Assembly: GCF_011386835.1 (NCBI RefSeq)
Contig: NC_088808.1
Span: forward strand, 13,764,001-13,828,000
DNA length: 64,000 nucleotides
Direction: 5' to 3'
Source of the DNA: Chrysemys picta bellii
Taxonomy: Eukaryota
Every line of letters starts with the position of its first letter. Positions within the stretch are counted from its first letter, which is position 1. The notes beneath the pieces are model-generated. The model did no database searches, was not told the origin of the DNA, and worked only from the letters and a program-made list of their open reading frames with translations. Below, piece by piece: positions 46,927 through 59,170 of this stretch. The translations under genes were made by a program, and so were the position numbers.

Positions 46927-47199
46927 ACTCACCCAGGGGATTGATGACAGAACACACTATGGGGGTGAAGGTATCCAGTGGAAGGGACTTAAGTTACTAC
47001 GGTTATTTATCAGGGGTATGTATGGGCTCAAATTTATTCTCTCCCCGCCTCCCTGGCTTTTTTTTTTTTTTTTTATAATGATCTAGGAGCTTTTCATGGG
47101 CCTGCAATTAATTAATAGGGTTATCTGTTTCCTGAGGAGGCAAATACCAAAGATTATGTACCCTTGAACGTTTGGTCCTAAAAATGGCTCCTGGAACTT

Positions 47200-47205
47200 A
47201 ATAAA
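47200..47205 (+). terminator. Probable ENDOG poly(A) signal
   Basis: AATAAA about 270 nt after the ENDOG stop. Confidence 0.6.
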
Positions 47206-48497
47206 AAGTCAGCGCAGTATTTAAAAGTGCTTTCCCCACCTACTTCTATGCTTGGCTCAATGGGTGTATCTCTAGATGCTGCCCACAAAGCCCCCTTGAC
47301 TCAGTTAAGAGGACACCAAAGGAAATGCTCTTACTGAGCTATATGCTTTCAGAGTATGAGGCACAGGGAAGCCACTTGGTTCTCAGGATTAACTTAATTT
47401 TGAGGGTGACTCTTTACTGTTATCCCTGTGGAACAATGCATTGTGTGCCAGTTTCACTAATCCATATTTTGGATTTTCAGTGAAAAAATTAGTAGTTTCT
47501 TACTAACAGCCAGTACCCTGATGGTCGACTGGACTCTTCCAACTATTTCTCTGGTCCTCCTTGTTTTAGCTTTGACTTAATGGACTCTGCTTGTCCTTTA
47601 ATGTAAGTGGGTTTTAAGGTTCATAATTTCAGGTATGGAGCCAACTGCGCTCAGGAAAGCTCAATGCTGTCTTAAGAGTGAGGACATCAGTGAAGAAGTT
47701 CCATCCTTGGTGGCTGGTGTGGTGGCTTATAAGGCCCATGATCCTAAAGGACACTACACTTCCTGTAAGCAAGTTAACACTGTAATAGCAACAGACTCCT
47801 GCCAAAACGATTAGGCTTAACTCTAAGTATTTACATAAGGAAGCTAGACCCTCCCTCTACAGAAGAGAAATGAAGGAGCATTTACACTACCGTGTAATGG
47901 GTTGCATACCTACTGTAGCTGGCCCAACAGCACCGTTGTTGCATGTAAGAAAGAGTTAATCTTTCACCCGTGCTAAAACTTTACATCAATATGAGGTCTA
48001 AATGGAGTACACCATGGGGTTAGTTGTGACACTCATGTCCACTAGATGGAGGAAAGTCCCAGGCACTCTTTGCAGTGGCTGGATCTCCAGAAATTTACAC
48101 TCACCTTTGTTAGTGGGTACCTATTGCTGTATGTCAGTTTAAATGGTCATGTTACTGTTCAGCCTTGCAGCAAGAGAGCTGCTCTTCAGGCAGGCAGAGT
48201 GACTTGAAAACAGGGCTCCTCCTAGCCACAGAAGTTAAGTATCAGTTAACTTGCATATAATATCTTGAAGCTGCCCCAGTGTCCAGAAGCACTACCTTAA
48301 CATTACTCTTGAAAGGCCACAAATGCTCATTAGCCACTTAGACCATGCTCTTTAGTGGTGCTGAGAAAACATCTCCTAGTGGCTTTCAGCAGGTATTCAA
48401 TGCCTTTGCAGATCAGGTCCCTAATTCTTTGCCTCAACCCCCAATGACACTGCCCCCACTTTTAAAAACTCCAGTGCACTAAATATGAGAGTTCTGT

Positions 48498-48503
48498 TTT
48501 ATT
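48498..48503 (-). terminator. Candidate proximal SPOUT1 poly(A) signal
   Basis: TTTATT on + (AATAAA on -), about 400 nt after the stop. Confidence 0.45.
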
Positions 48504-48898
48504 TTTTTCAACACCTCTCTTGGTGCTGTGTGATCCACTGACAGGCTTCCCATGCTGATGTGAGGCAGCAGCCAGCTCCATTTACAAACAGTTTGGTCTA
48601 GGGAGTATGCTCCCCAACCAGTGTAGACTCGCAGTGCTTAATCTCAGTCTCAGGTTTGAGTCTATTAAAAAGCTGTAGCCATTTTGGTAATGGTACTGTA
48701 CTTTTCTTGATCACTCTCAAAGAGGCTGGAGTGTAGCAGGCTGCCCTGGGGATTTAACCATCACCCCCAGCAGCTCTTCCTAGGTTTAGGGTTAGCATAA
48801 CTTGGAATGAGCCATCTGCAGACAAGGAAGAGTGCTGGTGCAGATGAAAACAAGAGAGAAGGTAGGTTCAGTTCTGTAGATCAGTGTTTTTTTCCCCT

Positions 48899-48973
48899 TC
48901 AGCTACCAAGGGCTTTCCTCACAGCCTCATCAATGCGGGGTCTCAGTGCAGACAGAGATATCAGTACTGCTTC
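48899..48973 (-). CDS. SPOUT1: SPOUT1 exon 12 (EAVLISLSALRPRIDEAVRKALGS*)
   Basis: ggttccag|GAA; TGA at 48901-48899. Confidence 0.92.
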   Translation of the reverse strand, partial: EAVLISLSALRPRIDEAVRKALGS

Positions 48974-49527
48974 CTGGAACCAACAGAAAGTAGGGTCAGA
49001 TCCACTGTTCAAAGGGTGGCACTTCAGCCCACATCACTTAATACAAACCAGTTTAATGATTGTTTGCAGAAGGGTAGTAGTGGGATTCATGTGCTTGTAC
49101 CTATAGCAGATATGCCTGCAAATGGGTGCAAAAATACACTAGCCCAGCCAGATTCACTAGTGAAACCTTTAGACTCTACAACGAACTTCATTGCTAAAGG
49201 GTAGTTTATAAGCTCTTTGGGCTTGGAATCATTTTTTGTTGGGGATTTGTACAGCACGTATCACAGTAGACTCCTATATGTCTCACTACCACAACTAATA
49301 ATAAGTTTATCTCCCAGTTCAAACGCTGCACCTGAAGATCTGTTATAAAAAGAGTATGTATTTTAGAAAGACCACTTGTATAATTGGAGCTAGGAGGGCA
49401 CTACCAAACCCCTTAGTTCACAGCTAGCTGAGACATGTTTTCCTCTAAGGAAGGAAGCTACTAGTAGGGGATTGATCCTTAGGAGGAAGATGCTGCCACG
49501 CAGCATGCTATTATTCCTGTGACATAC

Positions 49528-49675
49528 CTCTGTCCTGATGGTGCGGCTGCCCTGGCTGGGACATGTATTCAGGTAAAGGTCAAACAAGACACTTGGGTCA
49601 GTGCTCTCCAGGTTTGGGTCACCATCCACACCAGCCTCCAGGCCTTGGAGACCTCCAAATACTATTAGGATATGG
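49528..49675 (-). CDS. SPOUT1: SPOUT1 exon 11 (HILIVFGGLQGLE...RTIRTE)
   Basis: cttccag|C; GAG|gtatgt; 148 nt. Confidence 0.95.
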
Positions 49676-49784
49676 CTGGAAGAGAGCAGACACACACACC
49701 CAGGTTTATAGGACAGGAGAATACTGGATCCTACCACCAGTACCAGGTCAGAAGAAACTACAGTGTTGCCCCTGCAATCTTTAA

Positions 49785-49925
49785 CAACACTACTTAGCTC
49801 TTATATAGCATTTGTCATCAGTAGACCTCAAAGCACTTTATAAAAAAGGTCAGCCATCCTCATTTTACAGATGGGGAAATGGAGGCACAGAGATGAAGTG
49901 ATTTGACCAAGGTCACCCAGAGCAG
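49785..49925 (-). mobile_element. MIR/CORE-SINE-like fragment
   Basis: cattttacagatggggaaatggaggcacagagatgaagtgatttgaccaaggtcaccc motif. Confidence 0.65.
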
Positions 49926-50328
49926 GCTAGTTAATAGAGCCTTTAACACCTGTATGCAATTTGCTGAAGGCCAGCACAAGTGATGGTTCTGGCTCTTTGT
50001 ATGTGCTGTAGAGTAAGTTCAGAACATACCATATCTAGTTCTCCCAATACACTGAACAAAACACTACTTGGCTATATAACCAGAGAAAAAGGGAACAGAT
50101 GGCCTTGGAACTAAAGCTGCCCCTGCCCCCAACGGCCAGCCAAGCAGCTGCAAAAATATCCTGAACTGTACCCCACAATGACAACATCCAGTGAGCTACG
50201 TTAATGACTGGGTACTCCTGCTGGGACAAATTTGATCAGAAGATCCAACCCATGGAAATGCTCAGGGCTTAGTTTTGGCCTGGTATATGGGGAACACGTG
50301 TATGGAAAGAATATCAGCAGGTAAATCA

Positions 50329-50577
50329 GGTCTTATCTACACATACAGCCCTGCAGTACCACAGCTGTAGTTCTTAGCAAAGATGCTACCTACCCCAATG
50401 GGAGAGCTTCTCCTGTTGGCATAGTTAATCCACCTCTGCAAGAGGCAGTAGTTCCATCAACATAGCACTATCTACACCAGGAGTTTGGTTGGTATAATGA
50501 CATCGCTCAGGGATGTGGAAAACCCATTCCTGAGCGATGCAGTTATATAGACATACGTCTGTTGTGTAGATCAAGCC
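50329..50577. mobile_element. PIF/Harbinger-like MITE
   Basis: TIRs ggtcttatctacaca / tgtgtagatcaagcc; 3-bp TSD TCA on both sides. Confidence 0.75.
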
Positions 50578-50816
50578 TCAGAAAAGAGCATGGTGGTGCA
50601 AATCCCACCAAAGTGAATGGGAGTTGCATGCTTGCATCTGGGGATACAAACCCTACTGCTGCAGAGGGAAGCTTTGTCAGGGAGAATATTCACACTGCAG
50701 CACTGGCTACTGCAGTTCTCTCAAATGCACTGGTTGTTCTATCACAGGCATTTTGCTTCTGGGGCTGGTTTGCCAGCGAAGGGATGGGATGAACAGCAAG
50801 GAACCAGTCCAGTTAC

Positions 50817-50919
50817 CTGAAGGAGGGGAGAGTTGCTTGGTCCACACAGGTCCCTCGCTCAGAGGTCCCAACAGAGAGATCATAGCCTTCTTTAAAAGGG
50901 CATTCGGCAAAAACAGCAC
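50817..50919 (-). CDS. SPOUT1: SPOUT1 exon 10 (AVFAECPFKEGYDL...LPSF)
   Basis: ttctcag|GT; AG|gtaact; 103 nt. Confidence 0.93.
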
Positions 50920-51954
50920 CTGAGAAACAAGCATAAAAGGAAAGTAGATGGTGGCATCCCCTGCTTTAGAGGGTTCTAAATACAGTAGTTTTAAGCATTT
51001 CATACTTTATACACCTAAAGGTTAGTAACTAAGAATTGCTTCTACTGCCTCCTACATTTTAGTGGCATTCACTAGTTGTACTATTAGTGTACAAATCACT
51101 CATCTTTCTCACCAAGATTCCTCCAAATTCCATCAGCAGAATGGCACCATAGTTCTTCTTTCAATCTTAATAGCTTTCCTGAAAAATACTGGCTCTTACA
51201 CCAAATGTTGAACCAGTCCCAGGCTGGAATGTCTGTCAGGAATCATTCAAGGGCTAAGGGGGTGTTTGGATCTAGCTCACACTCAGTGGTTACATACAGT
51301 AGGATGGTACCTCTAGTATTCAAATCTCCTACTTCTGAAGGGGCTCTACAGGGATCTTGTAAGTTTTGGAACCTGGTCTGCCCAGGAAGGTCCCACTGAT
51401 TAGTGAGGGAAAGCAGAAGAATTACTAGGGCTTTTAGGAAGCTGTGATACCTGAGCTGTTGGTGCTTAAGGATGGAAACAGGTAGATAGCCAGCATAGGT
51501 GCAGAGCATTATCTCTTGCCTGCATTACTATGATCGCTATTAGAATTTTCCTGTTGGGAAGGGAAACTATCAATGTTCAGATATTGGATCATTCCCCATC
51601 TTCTGTATCAATGATAAGTGAAGTTACTAAATCCAGGGGGCAGAGAGTAAAAAGGTGAGTACAGGCTCATTACCATACCACCTTTCCTCCACCACCAGAA
51701 GCTATATAGGGTCAAGGAAACTAGAGATGGAAAATACCCATTAAATCATCAATGGCAGCACATGGGCCCCAAGAAATAGGAAGAGGATGTTAAAGAAACA
51801 AGCATCTGGCTTGTGCTGCAGGTTTGCAGCCAGTACAACTAGAATCTGTGTAGAAGTGAATGCAAATGTCTACAGAGAACTCAGTAAAAGTGGATCTGGC
51901 TACTGCTGCCCTGGCCCCAGCAGGTAGGTGACCGAATGCAGTGTAAATACTTAC

Positions 51955-52053
51955 TCAGGCAGGAGGCTAAGCGGACATTGTAACCCCAGTACAGGCCAGA
52001 CACACTCCGTGGATGGTTTGAGGACACTACAGTGCCTTTCTGTATTTTACTGT
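51955..52053 (-). CDS. SPOUT1: SPOUT1 exon 9 (SKIQKGTVVSS...GLYWGYNVRLASCL)
   Basis: gttttcag|AC; A|gtaagt; 99 nt. Confidence 0.94.
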
Positions 52054-52519
52054 CTGAAAACAAAGCCAGTGGGTTAGCATAGCAAACTGCAGTTCTCCAG
52101 CCACTGCTGGAAATCAACCAGCAACCCCCTGTGCCGTGTTCCCAACGCTCTTCCCTAGGGCAAAAACAAGCTCTACCCCTTAAATTTATTAAGAAAAGCC
52201 TCTAAGAGTTTAGTCTATTCAGCACGGTCTATACATTGATGAAGCTCAAAACATAGTTGAGCTCTAAACAGCACAAACATTAAGATAGAATAAATGAGTA
52301 ACTAATGCTCAAACTGAGGGGCATGGGGCTAGTTATTCACTATAACTGGGTATGAGGATTTCTGAACATGTTTAAAGACATGTCTGCCACATGGCATTGC
52401 CCAAAGGCTGAGGGAGTTCAGTGCAAAGACTAACTTCTGCAGGACTAAGGCTATACTACAGATCACATTGGTAATATTACCCGTCTAGCCTGTCCAGAGG
52501 CAGGATGGCAATGGATTAC

Positions 52520-52592
52520 CTGGATTCTGCTGCTTGTCCAGTTGAACAGTGACTCGAAGACCAGACTCTAGCTGTCTGTCTATCTGTACCTC
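52520..52592 (-). CDS. SPOUT1: SPOUT1 exon 8 (EVQIDRQLESGLRVTVQLDKQQNP)
   Basis: ttgtag|GAG; G|gtaatc; 73 nt. Confidence 0.93.
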
Positions 52593-53203
52593 CTACAACA
52601 ATAGACCACCAACACAAAGGGTTTTAGATGCAAGGACACCCACCCACAGGAAAGCTACGGCTGACAAGCAAAAAAAAATATCACTTTTGGGAACGCAAAC
52701 TACACTCTCAGCCAAGACTACAAGTTCCACCACTGAGCAGTCAGACTCCACACTCTGTATAGTGGGAAATGGACTCTATAAAATGTACAGCCCTTCAAGA
52801 CACTTGGTTGGCTTAGAACAGCTGCAGTGGATGATGCATTTCCAGTTCAATGTGCTGGATAACAGAACAATCGTTGTTAATTCAGGCAAATGGTAATTGG
52901 AGGATTTTGCCCTACTGCAGGACCCTAAGAGGCACTGACACCTCTACCAGGCCCCAGCAGAGGGTGCTATCAACATTAACACAGAAACCCTGATCAGCGA
53001 GGGGAGACTGAATTAAATAAAAGTGGGCCTCAGGAAGCATGTGTTGCTAGAAACTGTGTCCCATTCCATGGTGGGACATGGCCCTTCAAGAAACTCACTG
53101 GTAGCTTATTGCCATCCTAGTTTAATTGTACTTGACCGTGAAAGGAGTGACTGATAAGTGGAAGGAGTTTACTCTGGGTATCTCATGGGCAGACAGGCTG
53201 TAC

Positions 53204-53334
53204 CTTCCTCATCCCACAGTTAACAAAGGAGCCTTTGCCTGGCTTGGTGGGCCTGGCTAACACCACTCCTTCCCGGTATTCTGATTCCTCATCTATCCGC
53301 ACGTGATGAGGGCTGTCCAATGGGTTCAGGAGCC
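53204..53334 (-). CDS. SPOUT1: SPOUT1 exon 7 (LLNPLDSPHH...VNCGMRK)
   Basis: gtttcag|GG; AAG|gtacag; 131 nt. Confidence 0.94.
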
Positions 53335-53765
53335 CTGAAACAGTAGAGAAAAGTGGGGGAGGGGGAGAGATATATTGAAGGACAGATTGCACCTGGAGGT
53401 AGATTATAAAGGGATTCATCCTGCTTCTCCAGTCCCTGCCCCCACGCTCATCACTCCCTCCCCACACCGATGAAAAACCCATGAAATGGTCCACATGTGC
53501 GCACAGGCAGAGAAGCATCCCAGTTATGAGGAGGAACACAAGCATGCTCTCTCGGACAAGGAAAAGCCTTAGCAACTGCCACTCCTTACAGACCATAAGG
53601 ACACTAAGGCCAGGACCACACAAACTGGAATGGTGAGCGGGCTGCCGTATGTAGAGTGGTGGGAGCCCCATGTCTATTTACTTCACCCTGGGGGAGGGGG
53701 AGAAGGGAAGGCCTGTGCCTTAGGGATGGGAACGAGGTGTCAAGGGGATGTAATCACATCCTTAC

Positions 53766-53815
53766 CTGCAAACTGCAGATCCTGATGTTTCGGGAAAAAT
53801 GATTTTCTCAGGTAT
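53766..53815 (-). CDS. SPOUT1: SPOUT1 exon 6 (YLRKSFFPKHQDLQFA)
   Basis: ctgaacag|A; G|gtaagg; 50 nt. Confidence 0.94.
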
Positions 53816-54400
53816 CTGTTCAGAGAGATTCAAGTGTCAAAATTGTAACAAGCTTCTTTCAGGCTTCATTTTAATTTCAGATTTCCAGCTTTGATCTGGA
53901 AATCAGCCCTGTGGTACCACATACCCCGGAAGGCTAAGGCTCCTACAGAATGTAAATGGGGGATTAATACTGATCATTTTCACCCTACACACTCCTGCAG
54001 CTCTTTCAGTTGCAGGATCTTTCAGATCTTTTATTTCTTGGGGGTTTGGGTCTGAATTCTAAACAGAAGTTACTGCTCCTCTGGCTCGCAGGAGCTCTGA
54101 TGGTTGCCTCCCAACACTGGTAATGCACAGTAGCCCTTTTCCCCTATGCAGATCTCATTCAGTATGCTAATGGTGTGCGTGGACTCAAGATGTGAGCATA
54201 ACAAGTGAATCAGAACAGAATCTATCTCCAGATAGCACAATACAGGAGAAAAACACATATATAAATGATGTTGGCCCTCCACTACCCAACACCCGCTCCT
54301 GCAATCTTTGACAGAGGTGTTACATAATGCCAAGTTAATGAGCTACAGCATTAAACTAAGACAATCTGCATGGTGTGCAAAGCTATCACATTGGTCTTAC

Positions 54401-54490
54401 TGAGGACACTCCAAATATTGTAGAATCCGAGCCAGCTGCACGCAGGCCTGTCCTTTCTTTCCAATCCCATCAAACTGCCCTTCCACAGTC
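54401..54490 (-). CDS. SPOUT1: SPOUT1 exon 5 (TVEGQFDGIGKKGQACVQLARILQYLECP)
   Basis: ctttcag|G; CA|gtaaga; 90 nt. Confidence 0.95.
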
Positions 54491-55023
54491 CTGAAAGAAA
54501 ACGGATGCAGTCTGTGATCTTCCAAGACATTTACACAGCCCCTAGAGTGAGTAGATCTACATGAGGCCGCATCCCATTCCTATTTAATTAAAACGTATAC
54601 AACTAGAAACAGGAGTTTAAAAAAGTGGTTCAGGATATAGAGTCCCTCACCCTTGTTGGCAATTCAAGTCTGACCCAGGTCAGAAAAGATCTTACATTAT
54701 AAAGCAGCTATCAGATGCTAGATGGTCTGTGAAAGTAGTAAATTATATCAGACCAGTTCCAACTGAATGGTCGCTGGTCACACAACCACCAGAACTGACA
54801 TCCTTGTTAATATTCTAGACCAATGACTGGATGGTCCATGGAGCATGATTATGGCTGGACCCTCTGAGTTAGGGAGGAGGGACTGTGGAAAAGCATGACA
54901 TTCTGCTACCTAGTCTGTGTGAGGGATAAACAGAGATTGTTAGTTTCCAGGGCTGTCAAGCCAGCACCTTTTCTCAGCACTACAAAATTTCTTCCTGTAA
55001 ACCAGTATGCAGTTTTGCTGTAG

Positions 55024-55140
55024 CTGTGTCAGTCCCAGGATATTAGAGAGACAAAGAGAGTGAGGCAATATCTTTTATTGGACCAACTTCTGTTGGTGAG
55101 AGACAAGCTTTCAAGCTTGCAGAGCTCTTCTTTAGATTCC
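55024..55140 (-). mobile_element. Short Penelope-derived 3' fragment with a degenerate hammerhead
   Basis: Reverse strand reads ctaaagaagagctctgcaagcttgaaagcttgtctctcaccaacagaagttggtccaataaaagatatt, the same core / AGCT / AATAAA layout as 20208-20256. Confidence 0.7.
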
Positions 55141-55917
55141 TATAAATCTAGTGTGTGTTCATTGCATGCTGGTGAGATCCACGCACTTCAGCATTTACGT
55201 GAAACCTACTTGCTCTTATGGGACTTAAGTGTCCTATGGAACCAAGCTATTTCTCGGTTTACATAGAGCGTCCAAATTTGCTTCAACGTTGTACATTTTT
55301 ACCTTTATCACAGATTTTAACTATAAACCGGGCGCTGAGCTACTTATGCCTTGTCACTTACTCTGTATGGTCTAGTAGTCACATAGAACCAAAATTTGAA
55401 TGGATTTAGTACTTCTGAAAGATGCCAAGGTGTCAGTCTCCAGAGCCACCTTCCCATAGACCGGAACTGTTCATCTAGTCCTTTGGCTTTTTTGCTGACA
55501 CTAAACAACGATGCCAATTGTTTAAGCAAATGAAATCTGGACACCTGTCCGCTAGCAACTGGACACACCACCAATTCATCTCACAGGCCACTGAATAGTC
55601 ACCAGGTGATGGCTTTTGGTCGCTACTTCTGTGGGCTCAGTGCAAAATGGTTATTAACAACCTTCTAGAACCATCCAACCTATTATTTTATTTCAGTCAT
55701 TAATCCTGCTGTTTGGGGAATAGCCACGGCTGCCCCTGGTTGCCCCCCCCCCACACACACACGGAAAAAAGTAATTAGGGAGATCTCATCAGACAAAGTA
55801 TCTGACAAGGAGAAGCTGCAGCTCTGTTTCCTGCTGGCCTTCATTTGAGACAAGATACACAGAAACTGGAAACATTGAGGGACAGGTTATTCAGGGAAGA
55901 CAATGTGTCACCCTCAC

Positions 55918-56077
55918 CTTGAATCTTCTCCTTGGTCATCAAACACCACAATCTCATCCACACAGAAGATGGCACAGGCCCTGGCAATTTGCCCAGCAAG
56001 GTATGTCCGCAACTCTGGAGACTGTGCATTGTTCAAGATGGAGCCTGGCAGAGCTACGCTAACTGTGTAATGACGTC
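55918..56077 (-). CDS. SPOUT1: SPOUT1 exon 4 (RHYTVSVALPGSIL...DQGEDS)
   Basis: ttttctag|GA; AG|gtgagg; 160 nt. Confidence 0.95.
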
Positions 56078-56971
56078 CTAGAAAACAAGAGTGGGATCTA
56101 ACAGAAGAGCCAGAGCTTGGCAGTTCCACTCATTTGTGGGGACAGCATTAGCTTTTGGTTCTTTCATTTTAATTGTAAGCTCTTCGGGGCAAGGACTGTC
56201 CTGTGTTTTCACGGCACCTGGTACAAAGGGGCCCCAATTCGTACTAAGGCTTCCACACTACAAATGATAAGATTCCAAAGCACTCCGATGTAGTGCCTTT
56301 TACAGAGTAAGGGCCCCACTCCTCTTCCCACAGAAGTCAATCTGACTTTTGCCACTGGCTTTAAAGTGAGCAGGAGAGGGCAACAAGTCTGAAGTATTGA
56401 TTAGACTCTAGAGAATTGATCAATGGACGCACAGGAATTTTAGAGAGGATTGTGCAACAGGTTAGCTAGTTTAAAAAAAAACGGACTGCTGCATTCTTCC
56501 TACATGAGTATTAAATGCTTCATCATTTTGTATTGTCCAATACACATTTATCTTCTTCTTTTTGGCACAAGAATGGAAGGAGGCTACAATAAGGAGGGAT
56601 TATGGGATATTGCAACTGAGTACATTGAAACCTACGTTTAGCAACACACTTTTGCTGCTCTCTTTAGTGGCCACTTCTTAGAGGCGGAGCACAATTGCAC
56701 TCTGTACACTTGAGGACGCTTAGGAGATATCTTAAGACAGCAGGTTGTCTATTGAGTGGTCTCACATACACCACTGACTGTACTGAATTAGTGTCTACCT
56801 ATGTATTTGAACTAGTATGTGATTATATCACTTAACTTTCATAGAACTGGTAAGATATCCTTTTCTGCCTATACAGGTGAGATGCATCTCAAGCAACTAA
56901 AATCTGCCCCTCACACATTAGATTCTTCTGGCCCTCACACACAGCCCTTCCCATCAACTCAAGGCTGTTAC

Positions 56972-57088
56972 CTTTGTCTTCCTTTGCCTTTTCTTCTTCT
57001 TTTTGTTTTTCCATCAGCTCCTGCATTCTTTTCTTTTCCAGTTTTCTCAATAGCTTTATTTCCTTCCATTTTTTCTTCTCTTCTTTTT
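56972..57088 (-). CDS. SPOUT1: SPOUT1 exon 3 (KEEKKKWKEIKLL...KEDK)
   Basis: catttcag|AA; G|gtaaca; 117 nt; Lys/Glu-rich. Confidence 0.92.
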
Positions 57089-57626
57089 CTGAAATGGAGA
57101 ATAACCATCTGGTTTAAATAAGAAGAGACACAATAATGTAATGGTTTATCACCAGAATTCAAATACATTCAAAAACCTACTATGGTTAGGGCAGCTAGAC
57201 AGGATCTGGTGACAGCATGGGGACAAAGAGAGACAGGGGAAGAAAACGGGAATCAAATATGATATCCAGGTTGTACACCTGATTGCCACATTATCAATAG
57301 TAAGGCAGAAAGAACTGTCTCTTCTTTCCTGAGACGAACAAAAATGCTAATCAGGGCTAGTTTTTTGTAACATGAAGACACATCCAGTAGAAATTGGGCA
57401 TGCTTATCACTTCACATATGCCAACACACCAGTCCTCGGATGGCAACTTCTTGATCGTGAGTCAGCCTAGTTTGGCTTTGAATCAACGACCCACAAGTAA
57501 AAGGGCTCTAGATTTCATTAAGAGCCTGTCCTCCAGCTAGTCAAGCTATTTGATGGATGTTTGAAGGTTTATTTCTAAAAGCACTGGAAATTATACACAT
57601 AATATGTAGAAAAAGTGTCTCCTTAC

Positions 57627-57669
57627 TTTCTTGTTTCCATTTACGCCAGTCAACCTTTTTCTCTTTCTC
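57627..57669 (-). CDS. SPOUT1: SPOUT1 exon 2 (EKEKKVDWRKWKQE)
   Basis: ctttttttag|GAG; A|gtaagg; 43 nt; WRKWKQ motif. Confidence 0.9.
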
Positions 57670-58145
57670 CTAAAAAAGAGGAATGTAAATAGTTTACTGC
57701 TATCAACTGGCTAACAAGGATCACAAAAGTTATCAGTACAATAAAAATTCATCCAGAGGTAGAGCTCGGTCAACAAGCAAGGCATTGGGAGAGACGGGTT
57801 AAGGAAGCGACGGTGCCTCTAGAATCAGAGATCCCTACCCCCTGATACTGGAGAAGCAGGATTGTGGCCTTTACTCCAGTTAAGTTGTGGACTCTAGCAT
57901 TCAAGGGCTCCTTTACACTAGTGAAATTTGCACCCATTTTCACGATGTAGCTACATCAGCGTAAAACTTAAGGTAGGTATACTGTACTAGTGCAAAACAG
58001 GGCAAGTAAACATACCTGTTTCAAAATGGTGTATTGCATCGAATCCAAGGGTTTGTACAGAATAACTACACTTACACCCCCTTCCTCCCTCCGCAACAAA
58101 CAAAGCAGTATAGATGGGTCAACACTTTCATTTCTGGCCCTTCTA

Positions 58146-58521
58146 GGGCATGTCTACATTACACTGTAAACCCAGGCACGTGGGACCTGTGCTTCTGGGG
58201 TTTCCAAGCCCTCGCTTTGAGCACCCTAACTGCATTGTAAATCTGGGTTTACAATTGCTGGACCCAGGTCTGATAACCATGCTAAGGCATCCATACTGCA
58301 CTATACAGACCTTCTGACCCAGGTCTGTCGCTTGAGGTGCATCCACACTACCAAATGACAGGGCTTGGACCAGGTCTCACTGGGACCTGGACTCAGCTCC
58401 CTAGCAGGGCTTAAGACCTGGGAGCTTGCTGACCCGAGTCAGACAGATTTGTGTGCGAACAGCAGCAAGGCAGGGGGTGGGCTGCTGAGCCGGAGGTTGA
58501 CACTGCAGTGTAGACACACCC
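58146..58521. mobile_element. PIF/Harbinger-like MITE in SPOUT1 intron 1
   Basis: TIRs gggcatgtctacatt / agtgtagacacaccc; TSD imperfect (cta/cca). Confidence 0.6.
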
Positions 58522-58549
58522 CCAGTTGGGAGGGTGGCTCTGACACGTG

Positions 58550-59170
58550 TCTGCGCCCAGAGCAGCAGGCACCGTAACCCCAGCACAGCCCCTGTCCGGC
58601 CTTCAGCCGGGAACGGCCAACCTGGGCCCGATTCAGATCCCACCCCCGTGTCACTCCGGCCCAAGCCCCCAAGAAGCCCCCGCCCGGGGAGACAGCCCAG
58701 CACGTGGGGCTGCAGAGGACGCGGGAGAGCGCGCAGCGGGCAGGCCTCAGGGGCCCCCGGAGAGCGGACCCGCGCTGAGGCACACCCCTCCCCCCACCGC
58801 CATGACCCACCTGCAGGCCCCGCGGCCGCTTAGCACCACCCGCCATTTTCCACCACCACTTCCGCTCTCCGCGGATTATTATTGGACGAAGGAGCGCCCA
58901 AGGCCCCGCCTCTCAGACCCCTTCCCAACGGCCCACGCGGATGAGTCACGTGACAGCGGAGGCGGGTCAAAAACAGCGCGGCCGGGAGAAGCGGCCACGT
59001 GCCAGCCCCGCCCTCGCCCCTCCGTCAGGTCCCTCAAGCTAAGCGGGGTCCGTTTCGCTCCACCCGTGGATGGGAGACCGCGCATGGCCAGGCGCTGCTG
59101 ATACACTGGAGGGGGAGGGGAACTCAGCCAAGTAATGTCCCGACTAACTCAACGGGCCCGCATAGCACTA
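58550..59170. promoter_or_regulatory. CpG island / SPOUT1 promoter
   Basis: CpG-rich; YY1-like AAAATGGCG over the ATG, ETS motif GCGGAAGTG at 58857-58865, E-box GTCACGTGAC at 58945-58954. Confidence 0.8.
58811..58846 (-). CDS. SPOUT1: SPOUT1 exon 1 coding part (MAGGAKRPRGLQ)
   Basis: aaaATGGcg start inside the CpG island; CAG|gtgggt donor; phase 0 matches exon 2. Confidence 0.85.

Larger units (their letters stand above)
48899..58846 (-). other. SPOUT1: SPOUT1 (C9orf114/CENP-32) gene, SPOUT-class methyltransferase, complete CDS, 12 exons, 374 aa
   Basis: Exons sum to 1125 nt; motifs SVALPGSIL, YLECPQYLRK and NTCPSQGSRTIRTEEA (trefoil-knot region); Lys/Glu-rich N-terminal coiled region. Confidence 0.96.

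Noticed and set aside
52825-52940. Possible C/D-box snoRNA in SPOUT1 intron 7 (GGATGATG ... CTGA)
   Set aside because: The C box is imperfect, there is no convincing terminal stem, and it lies on the strand opposite the host gene
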